NCBI RefSeq assembly: GCF_000142905.1
Contig: NW_013657677.1
Span: 458,024-522,023 of the forward strand
Reading direction: 5' to 3'
DNA from: Thecamonas trahens ATCC 50062
Taxonomy: Eukaryota > Protista > Apusomonadida
DNA length: 64,000 nt
Each line of letters opens with the position of its first letter. Position 1 is the stretch's first letter. A program made the position numbers and the translations under genes. Of the stretch, positions 52,629 to 61,949 are shown piece after piece. The notes beneath the pieces were generated by a model. It saw nothing but the letters and a program-made list of their open reading frames with translations, was not told the origin of the DNA and ran no database searches.

Positions 52629-53893
52629 ATGGCGCACTCGTACTCGACCGAGATGCTGGAGGAGGCTCTCCGGGAGCGGTTGGACACGCTCACCGGCTTT
52701 GGCTCGCCCGAGGCCAAGGCCCGTAAGCTCGCGGAGGTCTTCAAGAAGGTCGACACCAACGGGTCGGGCTGCGTCGACGGCAACGAGTTCCTGACTGCCA
52801 TGGCCGAGCTCAACTTTCTGGACGTCCCCGGTCTCATGGGTATGTGCTAGAGGAGTGGAAGGTGGGGGGTATGAGGAAGAGGGAGGAGGGGGGGGGGGGG
52901 CGGTATCGCCGTTGGAACGACGGTGGAATGCAAAGTGACGGTGTGGGGACTGACAGACTCTTTTGGGGTGCTGGCGTGTGACTGGGGGCTATGGTGCGGG
53001 GCATGGGTACGGGAGTGGTGATGGCAGATCTGTTCAACAAGTACGACGTGGACGGGACCAACACACTGGACATTGAGGAGTTTGCAGAGGGCTTCACAGG
53101 TCTGCGGACAACGGCTGCGGATGTCGACGCGACAACCCGGTCTGTTCTCGGCCAGCTGCGCAACGCCATTGCGCGGCGTGGTGGGCTGAACGGGATCCGG
53201 TCCCTTGGGCGGCTCTTCCGTATCATCGACGACTCGGGCAATGGGCGGCTGAGTTACGATGAGCTCAAGTTTGGCCTCCTCGACTTTGGGCTCGACTTTT
53301 CAGAGCGCAAGGTCAACATGGTCATCGAAGCCTTTGATCGCAACCACGATGGCGTGATCGACTACAACGAGCTGCTCCGTGGTCTGCGCGGCAAGATGAA
53401 CAAGCGGCGGCGCGAGCTCGTGCTCCGGGCCTTTGACGTCATCGACAAGGACGGCTCGGGCGTGCTGACTATCGAGGACCTCGCCAACGCATACGACACC
53501 TCGCTGCATCCTGACGTGGTGAGCGGGTCGGCGACAGCCGACGACGTACTGCGGGAGTTCCTTGGCCAGTGGGAGACGGTCAAGCGCGACGGCCTCGTCG
53601 ACCGCAACGAGTTCCTCGACTACTTTAAGGACCTCTCGGCGTCGGTCGACAACGACGACTACTTTGAGCTCATGATCAAGAACTGCTACCGCATCTTTGA
53701 CACCGGCGAGGGCGTTGCCGGCAACACGGCTAACATGCGGGTCCTTGTGGTCTTCCGCGACGGCCGGCAGGAGGTTGTGCCCCTGCACAACGACCTGGGC
53801 ATCGACCGCGACAATATCACCGCCATCAAGCTCCAGCTCTACAAGCAGGGCATCGAGCCGCAGAGCATCGAGCGCATTGAGACTGCGTACTAA
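52629..53893 (+). CDS. Calcyphosin-like EF-hand protein; intron 52840-53027
   Basis: RG..GIRSLGRLFRIIDDSG, FDRNHDGVIDYNE, DKDGSGV, HPDV..G, EF.DY..DLSASVDND.YF, plus two extra N-terminal EF hands. The intron GTATGT...CAG is phase 1. Confidence 0.92.
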
Positions 53894-54096
53894 CGTACCA
53901 AGATGGCCAGGTTGTGGCCCACTCTGCCAGCGGAGGTTAAAGACAAGACGATGACGCCAAAGCCAGCCAAGCCAGCCAGCCAGCCAGCCGCCAGCCCAAG
54001 AGCCAGAGATAGAGTGCCACGGCCACCGCTGCCACCACGACACCAGCCACCACGCACGACACCCGACGCGACTCGAGTGGCACAGACAACGCCACC

Positions 54097-55188
54097 ATGG
54101 CAGCTGAGCGGAAGCCACTGGCGCCTCCGGGGGAAGATGTACGTGAATGGGTGGAGCCGAGAGGCTGGGGGGTGGGTGGGCTGGGGGTGGGTGGGGGGTG
54201 GAGGGTGGCGCGTCGAAGCCGTAGATGGAGGGCAGACCAAGGGGGGGGGGGGGGGGGGGGAAGGGGGCTTGAAGGCGGCTGCGCAACTCACGAATGCGCT
54301 GTATGGTGGTCATGGTGGCCGCACTACTCTCGTATGCGCTGTATGGTGGTCGTCGTGCTTGAGTTTGGTCTGCAGTGGTCGTCGATGGTGGAGTTGGTGA
54401 AGGAGACGCTGGCGGGTGGGGACATGGACTCGATGACGCTGACCGGGATGCTGAAGGAGAATGGCGTGCCGTATGACACGTCGACCAAGCTGATCAACCA
54501 CTTGATGGCAACGTTCCAGGTGGTGCTCATGCAGCAGGGCGACTCGATGAGCTTGCATCTCAACTCCGCCGAGGAGCAGGTCCAGGCTCAGAAGATGGCC
54601 CGGCTGAGCAACGAGGAGAAGCTCGTGTTCCAGGCGGTGGAGGAGACACAACGCGAGGGTATTTGGACAAAGGATCTCAAGTATAAGACTGGTTTGCACA
54701 AGTCGGTCATCGACAAGGCGCTTGCCAAGCTCGTCTCGGTCCAGCTCATCCGCACCTTCAAGCCCGCAAGCTCCAAGTCGCGCAAGATGTACATGCTGTA
54801 TTCGCTCGAGCCGGTCGTCGACACCTCGGACGTGTGGTACACCAACCAGGAGTTGATCGGTTTTGTTGACAACGTCTCCTCAGTTGTCCTGCAGTTCATC
54901 CAGAGTCGGTCATCGGTCACCGCCGAGGACGTCGCTGCCCACCTCGCCAGCCACGAGGCCATCAAGCCGCCGCTCGCCCTCGTCAACGTCCAGGAGCTCA
55001 TCGAACTGCTCATCCGCACCGGCGAAGTCGCCCGCTTGGACGAGTCCACCTTTGTCTGTGCCCCACAGTCGGTTCCGACGTACAATGGCTTTACGCACAC
55101 GCCTTGTGGCCACTGTCCGGTCTTTGGCGACTGTCACGAAGACGGCATCATCTCGCCCGCAAAGTGCATCTACCTCGACGATTGGTGA
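54097..55188 (+). CDS. POLR3F: RNA polymerase III subunit RPC34/RPC6; intron 54139-54375
   Basis: LSNEEKLVFQ..E.....GIWTKDLK, KMYMLY.LEP, WY, C-terminal Fe-S motif PCGHCPVF..C....ISP.KC.YL..W. The intron reads GTACGT...CTGCAG. Confidence 0.93.
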   Translation: MAAERKPLAPPGEDVREWVEPRGWGVGGLGVGGGWRVARRSRRWRADQGGGGGGGRGLEGGCATHECAVWWSWWPHYSRMRCMVVVVLEFGLQWSSMVELVKETLAGGDMDSMTLTGMLKENGVPYDTSTKLINHLMATFQVVLMQQGDSMSLHLNSAEEQVQAQKMARLSNEEKLVFQAVEETQREGIWTKDLKYKTGLHKSVIDKALAKLVSVQLIRTFKPASSKSRKMYMLYSLEPVVDTSDVWYTNQELIGFVDNVSSVVLQFIQSRSSVTAEDVAAHLASHEAIKPPLALVNVQELIELLIRTGEVARLDESTFVCAPQSVPTYNGFTHTPCGHCPVFGDCHEDGIISPAKCIYLDDW

Positions 55189-55239
55189 CCCTGGGCTGCA
55201 GTCGTCTCTGCCCGCCTCGGAATGAACATCGGACTCTTG

Positions 55240-56598
55240 CTACGCATACCGCCCTGCTGCCATTGCCTTGAGCTTGCGCGCCTGCTTTGCCAGCGCCGCC
55301 TTCACCTGCGCGGCCCGCGCCTCCCCGCGCACATGGATCGGCGGCAGCTTGACCTTAATCAGCTGGATGGGAGAAATACCGGCCTCGGCGCCAAAGTGGT
55401 TAAACGACTGTCGGTGCCGCTTGATGTTGGTTGCCTTGGCCGTCCCGTACGGGCACGCAGGGCACATGTACAAAGAGTGCGCCGGGTTGACCTGGCGCAG
55501 CACACTGTACTGCTGCCGTACCTGGATTTGCAGCGACTCGGGGAGATTGTGCAGCAGTGCCTCAATCTCGTCCATTCGCTCGCATGCCTCGTCCACCGTC
55601 ATGGCCCCGATGGCTTCGGACGCCACCCGGCCCGAGGGACGTGGTCGCGTCGACTTGCTTGACGAGCTCCTGCCTCTGCTGCCTTGAGTTTGCGGTACCT
55701 CGCGGCCGCAAGCCTGGTGGGGCGAGGCTTTCGCTGCTCCGCTCGCACCCAACGCCGCGGCGTTGGCCGCCGACGCTCTATCAACAATGGCCTGGATTCG
55801 CGGCGAGAGCGGCGGCCGGGAAAATCGCTCCACAACTCGTCGCATGAGCATCGTCCCGTCCGGCAGCGTCTGTGCCGTCGAAATGACCGCCGGCAGGCAT
55901 CGCTTGGTGACACGCTGGTGCGGTTTTTTGCCACTGGCGCGCTGCCCGCGCCCGGCCCGCCCGCTGCTCGCGCCCTCGTCGTCGTTGTTGGCATCGCCGT
56001 CCTCGGCCCGCGCAAGCAGCGCCGCAAGCCGGGCCATGGCCGATGTACCAAGGGCAGCCTCGAGATCTGCCATGGGATGAGAGTCGCAGGGCGGTGGAGG
56101 GTGAGGGGCAGCCAGTCTGAAGCTGCTCCCGTCGAGCCTTTTCTGCCGCTTGCTCCCGCCTCGCAGCGACTGTTCATGGCTGTCACCTCCGACTGTGCGG
56201 ATGGCCACCACCTTGGGTCGGCTCACAAACGCCACCACGTCCGAGCCTGGCGGAAGCGCCTGGTCCTGGCTCACCACATTATTGTACACCTTCTCCTTGC
56301 GTCCCTTGAGGCGCGACCTCTGCCCCGCAGCTCTCGGCATACCCGCAAGCAGCGGCTCCGTCTTCCCAGACTTTGTCGCCCACTCGGACGTGCCCGACAC
56401 CAAGCTCACGGATTTTCCTACTCCAGCTCGAGCGAGCACGATTACGCTGGCCTCCAGAGACGGTCCCGGTGCAGCGGGTGTGCAGATGTGCCTCTCTATG
56501 TCTGACTCGCTGAGAACGAGTCCAACAGCGAGAGTAGGTGGAGAGTGCCCAAGTGTGGAGCTGGGAGCAGGATCACTCCCTTGCCTCAATAAAGGCAA
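55240..56598 (-). CDS. Hypothetical protein with a single C2H2-like zinc finger (start uncertain; ATG 56340 or 56073)
   Basis: YMCPACPYGTAKATNIKRHRQSFNH and a long ORF converging on RPC34. Confidence 0.6.
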   Translation of the reverse strand: MPLLRQGSDPAPSSTLGHSPPTLAVGLVLSESDIERHICTPAAPGPSLEASVIVLARAGVGKSVSLVSGTSEWATKSGKTEPLLAGMPRAAGQRSRLKGRKEKVYNNVVSQDQALPPGSDVVAFVSRPKVVAIRTVGGDSHEQSLRGGSKRQKRLDGSSFRLAAPHPPPPCDSHPMADLEAALGTSAMARLAALLARAEDGDANNDDEGASSGRAGRGQRASGKKPHQRVTKRCLPAVISTAQTLPDGTMLMRRVVERFSRPPLSPRIQAIVDRASAANAAALGASGAAKASPHQACGREVPQTQGSRGRSSSSKSTRPRPSGRVASEAIGAMTVDEACERMDEIEALLHNLPESLQIQVRQQYSVLRQVNPAHSLYMCPACPYGTAKATNIKRHRQSFNHFGAEAGISPIQLIKVKLPPIHVRGEARAAQVKAALAKQARKLKAMAAGRYA

Positions 56599-56755
56599 CG
56601 TGGTGGTAAGCCAGCCAAGCCAACTCGCTCTGCTCGCTCAGCCGACCATCCGTTTGTTGGTTGGCGGGCAATCGGAATTTCCAGCAGGTGACGACGAGTT
56701 CGGGCGAAGGGCTCTTGCTTTTACTATTTGGGCAACACCCCTTTCTTGACCAGCC

Positions 56756-57529
56756 ATGGTAGGTGACCTGGGGGGGGGAGGAGGGGGAGGAGGGGGAGCA
56801 AGCAGGGGAGGGGGACGATGGGAAGGACCATGCGAGTGGGCTGGGAGAGAGCATGCGTCGGAAAATAAGGGGGAGGGGGGAGAGGGGCTCCAGCTGCACC
56901 GGTTGGGGCCACCCTGTGGACCATGCCCAGGTGTGTGGCGTGAGGCTGTTGCTTTGGCTTCGCATGCGTTTTTTTCGGCGGTTTCAGGTGAATCCGCTCC
57001 CTGCGTGCGTGCTCGCAGGTGGGAACTTATTGAATGCGGATGTGTGGATGTGTGTGTGGATGTGTGTGTGTGTGTGTGTTCGGGTTTACAGGCATCGTCG
57101 TCGTCTGTTACTGAGCGTGAGGTCCGCGAGGCCTTTGATGTGTGGTGCCGGCAGAACTCCAAGCTGCCCGGCAAGGACCTCATCAATGTCCTTCGCTGTG
57201 TCGGCTTCAACCCGACTGAAGACGAGGTCGACGAGATCTACGAGAACATGAACGTCAACGAGGAGATGTACCTCGAGTTTGCGCAGGTCATGTCGGCGAC
57301 TCGGCTCTGCCAAAAGACGGTGGAGAACCCAGAGGAGCTTGTCGAGGCCTTCCGCATCTTTGACAAGCACGGGACTGGGTGCATTGCTGCCAAGGAGCTG
57401 TCACGGATCATGACCACTCTTGGCGACAACCTCTCTGCCAAGGAAGCCGAGGCCATGCTCGCCGAGTCGCGCATCGACTCGGAGGGCAACGTCAACTACA
57501 TGGACTTTACCCGCAAGATGATGATGTAG
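56756..57529 (+). CDS. Calmodulin-like EF-hand protein; ATG-only first exon, intron 56759-57091
   Basis: ATG|GTAGGT...TTACAG|GCA; EVREAF, G.NPTE.E, ELVEAFRIFDKHGTGCI..KEL..IMTTLG, DSEGNVNY..F...M. 147 aa after splicing. Confidence 0.9.
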   Translation: MVGDLGGGGGGGGGASRGGGRWEGPCEWAGREHASENKGEGGEGLQLHRLGPPCGPCPGVWREAVALASHAFFSAVSGESAPCVRARRWELIECGCVDVCVDVCVCVCSGLQASSSSVTEREVREAFDVWCRQNSKLPGKDLINVLRCVGFNPTEDEVDEIYENMNVNEEMYLEFAQVMSATRLCQKTVENPEELVEAFRIFDKHGTGCIAAKELSRIMTTLGDNLSAKEAEAMLAESRIDSEGNVNYMDFTRKMMM

Positions 57530-57581
57530 AGAGAGCTGGAGATTGATAAACGCTGTGCCGCACGCGCCCAGTCCCAGTTCA

Positions 57582-60325
57582 CTACTCGTCACTGCCATCG
57601 GCGACGGCGCTGCGATGGCGTGCGGCGCCGATGGCAAAGGTAAAGGCGAGGCTCCAGATTCGGGCGTCGCTGGCCGAGGCAGCGATGCACCACAGCGTCC
57701 GGGATCCAACCCACTCGGGCTCGTCGGTGGCGGCAGCGACAGAGGCGACGGCGTCGAGAGTCGCCGGTGGAGCGGCCAGCGAACGGTACTTGGTGGAGAG
57801 GCCGGGCGCTGTCAGAACCTCGAGCGCGTACGATGCTGAAGCCCATGCTCCCGGGTCGGCGCCGAGATCTTCGAGGCGGGCGGCGAGCCGCGGCGGGTCT
57901 AGTACCGGCGGAATGGAGCCGGGAACGATGCGGGTCGGCGAGGCCTGCTTCCACGCTGCGGGCACACGGCCTTTGCCCCACAGCACCCGGAAGGTAGTAA
58001 AGTCGATGCGGAAGGTCCGCCACTCGGGCCGGCCGGCGCCAGCGCGGGTGTGCTTGATGAGACGAACGCCCGATGCGGCGGCGGCCAGCGCACGCTCGAG
58101 CTCGGTCGCCGGCATCGCCCGCAGCTCGCGGTCGAGGACGCAGGTGGCGGCGCCAATGGGAAGAACTGAGACAGACTCGCCCTCAAAGACCGAGGCCTCG
58201 GTCCCGCCGAGCACCTCGCCGCCATCGCTCTTCCCGGCACTGTCCGAATCGCCAGACAACGCGCCGATGGCAACGTCCTCCATCTCCGACTCGGAACCGC
58301 CGTCGTCCTCGGCACGGGCGGCGACGTAGAGGTCGAGGTACGATGGCTCGGCGTCCGACTCGTCCTCGCCCGAGCGCCGGCAGGGCGAGGCAAGCCGAAT
58401 GAGCCTGTTGTGGGCGTCGGTCTTGTTGGCGTTGCGAAGGAGGCGGGTTGGATCTGTGGCGGCGAGCTTCCGCCGGCGCTCGGCCTGGTGGCGAAGGACG
58501 TCGGGAGCCGGCGGCGCATCGCCAGGTGCCAGCAAGCCGTCCATGATGCGCGCATACTGGACATCCGAGTGAACAAGTGAGTTGTCAAGGAGGTGCAGGC
58601 AGCGCCGGAGGTAGGTGTCGACAAGGGAGTGCTCGGTCCGGCGGGCCTCTGCAGCAGCGGCGGCAACGACGGCCTCGGCGGTGAGGTTGCGCGCCAGGTC
58701 GGCATTTGCCGCCATCACTCCGCTGGTGCTGCGGGCCGAAAAGGTGAGCGAGCGGCTGCGGTGGGTGGCACCCGGTCCATTCGAGTCTACGTTGAACGAG
58801 AGGCGGCGGGTCTTGCGGCGGCCACTTTCGCCGGCGGCTCCGCTGCTGTTTCGGGTCGCTATGGGAGCGACCGCGTCGGGCGAGGCCGACCGCGTCCGCG
58901 AGCCGCGGAGCGACGATGGAACGGCGAGGCTCGGCGGCGGACTCACGACGTCTGCATCCCACGGCTCAAAGAACACGTCGTCGTAGCCCGACTCTGAGTC
59001 GGTCTCGGCCACCCGCGACGAAGCCAGCGACTGGCGGCCAGCGAGCTCGGTGGCGTGGACGTGGACGCCGTGGTCGGCCAGCGCGCCGGCGAGGCCTGCC
59101 AATGTCCGCACGTCGCCGTCGGCGGATGAGGCGTCGTCGCGGCCGAGCAGCGCGGGGCGGCGGCCCGCCGGCGTGGGCTTGATGGTGATGGTAAAAGAGT
59201 CACCCAGAGTGTCGGAGAGAACCCGCAGTGCATTGGCAGCGGTGGTCGAGCATGCGAGCGAGACTTGGTCGAGGGCGACCGCGCGCTTGAGTGTGTACGA
59301 CTCCTTGGCAAGGCGGCGGAGGCTGCGCGAGCGCTTGGCGAGGACGAACAGGTCATTGAAGGCAAAGAGAGTGAGATGGAGTGGACGTGTGGTCGCGCCG
59401 TCGGGCTGGTAGCTGCAGTTGAGCTGGGCCACAAACCTGCGAGTCGGCGTCGAGAGCTGTAGCGCGTGGCCGAGGGCAGCCTGGATGGAGACCATGCGGA
59501 AGCGGTTTTCCGAGTCACGCTTCTTCTCGTTGACGTCGCGGACAACAGAGTCCATGGCGTCGGCGGCGTCGGCAACGAGTGTGGCGTCGGGCGAGTCTGC
59601 AGGGATGGCCTTGAGGAGCTGGTTGAAGAGGATCGGGTACTTGCACAGGCGCTGCATGGGCTTGACCAGGTAGTCTGACAGATCTAGGCCGCGGAGTAGC
59701 TCACGGCGCTGGGCAAGGAACTTGGCCACCCGTGGCTGGGCTCTGATCTCGTGGAGAGTGCGGAGCGAGCGCAGATGGTGCTCCATGTAGTGTGCGTAGA
59801 GGCGGAGGAACGGGACCATGGAGAGGACGGCCGAGGCGACAGCCCGCGGGTGTGGGCAAACGACGATGCGGTCATGCGGCGGAGAACCTCCTCGTTGGCG
59901 GCGACAAGCTGCGGGAGGTTGAGAAAGACACGGGCGACGACCGAGGCGTCGACAAAGGCGCCGCGGAGAAGCGGCTCGCGGAACTCATCGATGACCATGC
60001 GCATGTCGGCCACATACTTGCTCTCCGACTCGATGATCTCGTCCACCACATGCTTGCACGTCGCAGCGAGCTTGATCTCGCCCGGGCGAGCCTCGAGCGC
60101 CTTTGCCACCAGCGCCGCTCCGTCACTCCGGATGTACTCGTTTCGCGCCACCGAGAGCCGTCGGGCCGAGCCCGAGTCGAGCCTCAGCGCCGAGACCGTC
60201 CGCGGCGGGGCGGCTGCCCCCCTGCTCCCGGAGCTCCACCCTCGCTGTCCATGGCGGCTCTGAGTGTGCGCCCGTATGTACGCCACACTCCGCCCTGGTG
60301 TGCGGGGGCTTTGCGGTGTGCTCAT
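57582..60325 (-). CDS. Dbl-family RhoGEF (DH-PH) with a C-terminal PH-like domain (frame break at ~59845)
   Basis: HVVDEIIESESKYVADM, VFLNL, then in the -1 frame PFLRLYAHY, LSDYLVKPMQRLCKYPILF.QLLK, VNEKKRDSEN, LFAFNDLFVLAK. Confidence 0.88.
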
Positions 60326-60661
60326 CAGCAGAGGCGAGAGGTGGATAGGAGGGCGGGGTGAGGCAGGGGGAGGGGAGAGACCGGGCGACCAACCGACCGA
60401 CTCGCTCACCACGGCGCGATGAGCCCAGCCGACTCTGATGCGACCAGCGGCTTGAACAGCGTGCCCTGTACAGAGCTACATGTGGGACCTTTTGAGTTCA
60501 GGCCATGGGCCGAGTACAAGCCCGATGAGTCCGATCCATGTCTCATCAGCTCGACTCTGGCCTGAGCTGTGTCTCCTCCTCTCCTTCGGCAGGGCACCAC
60601 CACCGCAGCCACCACCGCAGCTACTTCTCTCTGCCTCTTCCACCGGCAACGGGTGACGGGC

Positions 60662-61930
60662 ATGGGTGGAAACGGATCAAAGAAGGCTCCACCAGCGGCG
60701 GTGGTGGCTATGGAAAGGCTGGGCGAGGAGCGGACGGCCGCGGTGGTCGAGGTGTTCCGGGCCGCGGTCGGGAGGGAGGCAGCCAAGGCACAGATGGCAG
60801 TCCTGGCCAAGTCGAATGCCACAGTGGCTGGGCTGGTGGATGCCATGATGGCGCTGCGGGGAATGCCGGAGGAAGTGGCTGCTCTGATCGTGGTAGGCCT
60901 CCCTCGCGAGGCCACGATCGACCTCTACGGCTGGCTCATCGCTGCCGCTGCGCTCGTCTTGGACTCGCATCCGGAGACCGGCGCCAGCTTTGCGCTGCCG
61001 AGCCCGGTGCCTGCCGCGGTGGTGGTTGCGCTGGCGCGGCTGGATGAAGTGGCTGCAACCAGCGACGACGACGCGGCGGCAGCGGCGGAAATGGCGGCGG
61101 GATCGGGCTCGATCCGACGCGACGCCGTCGTGGCCCAGCTTGGGGCGTGGCTCCTCGATGAGGAGTGGTACAAGGTGCCTAGCGGGGTGGTGGATGGGGT
61201 GGAAGGCATCGGGCGTGACGTTCTCGGCGCGCGGGTCTCGGCGCTTCTGGTATGGATGCTGACGGGCCATCTCCCGGCCGCGCAGTGCCGCGAGTGGATT
61301 CCGCGGTACTCGAGCGCGCGTGACGGACGCTCGTGCTTCCACGTGGCGCGGACGATTGTGGCGGCCGGGCCAACGCTTGTCTTTGTCTGCACCCGGACTG
61401 GTGTGGTGATTGGCGGCTACGCGCCAAGCTCATGGCGTGCGCCGGGACCGTCATTCTATGGTACTGGCAACGCGTTTGTGTTTGCCTGCTCGCCTGCGGC
61501 GACGCAGCTCGAGGTGTGGCACGCCACCGGGCGCAACGACCACTATCAGTACTTTAACCACGGGACGCAGACGCTGCCCAACGGGCTGGGGATGGGTGGG
61601 CAGCTCAAGTTCTTTGGCCTCTTTGTGGACGCCTCGTTTGAGACCGGCGAGTCGCGGACGTGTTCGACGTTTGGCTCGCCACAGCTGCACGGGGCCGACG
61701 CCGCGAGCGCGACGTTCGAGCTCGTCTCGCTCGACGTCTACGCTGTTGACCGCAGCGCCATGGTAGCGGCGGCTGAGGCTGCGGCCGAAGCCGCGGCGGC
61801 TGGCGATGGCTCGGTGCTGGCTGGCAACAAGGATGTGCGGGCGCTGCTGGAAATGGCTGGCGTCCGAATGCACTCGGACGGCATACGCGAGCTAGACGAG
61901 GACGCCGATGCGGCGCGGGCGTCGGGGTGA
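60662..61930 (+). CDS. MEAK7: TLDc-domain protein, MEAK7/TLDC1-like
   Basis: MGGNGS myristoylation start, YSS.RDG.S, GPTL, GGYA..SW, FYG, HYQYFNHGTQTLPNGLGMGGQ..FFGL, CSTFGSP, SVL......ALLEMAG. Confidence 0.85.
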   Translation: MGGNGSKKAPPAAVVAMERLGEERTAAVVEVFRAAVGREAAKAQMAVLAKSNATVAGLVDAMMALRGMPEEVAALIVVGLPREATIDLYGWLIAAAALVLDSHPETGASFALPSPVPAAVVVALARLDEVAATSDDDAAAAAEMAAGSGSIRRDAVVAQLGAWLLDEEWYKVPSGVVDGVEGIGRDVLGARVSALLVWMLTGHLPAAQCREWIPRYSSARDGRSCFHVARTIVAAGPTLVFVCTRTGVVIGGYAPSSWRAPGPSFYGTGNAFVFACSPAATQLEVWHATGRNDHYQYFNHGTQTLPNGLGMGGQLKFFGLFVDASFETGESRTCSTFGSPQLHGADAASATFELVSLDVYAVDRSAMVAAAEAAAEAAAAGDGSVLAGNKDVRALLEMAGVRMHSDGIRELDEDADAARASG

Positions 61931-61949
61931 GCCGCAGAGTTTCACTTGC

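Noticed and set aside
56638-56757. Selenocysteine or readthrough at the in-frame TGA upstream of the zinc-finger ORF (and at the TGA at 18257-18259)
   Set aside because: There is no CxxU/UxxC redox context and no SECIS I can identify. The upstream minus-strand ATG overlaps the start codon of the calmodulin-like gene and is probably coincidental.
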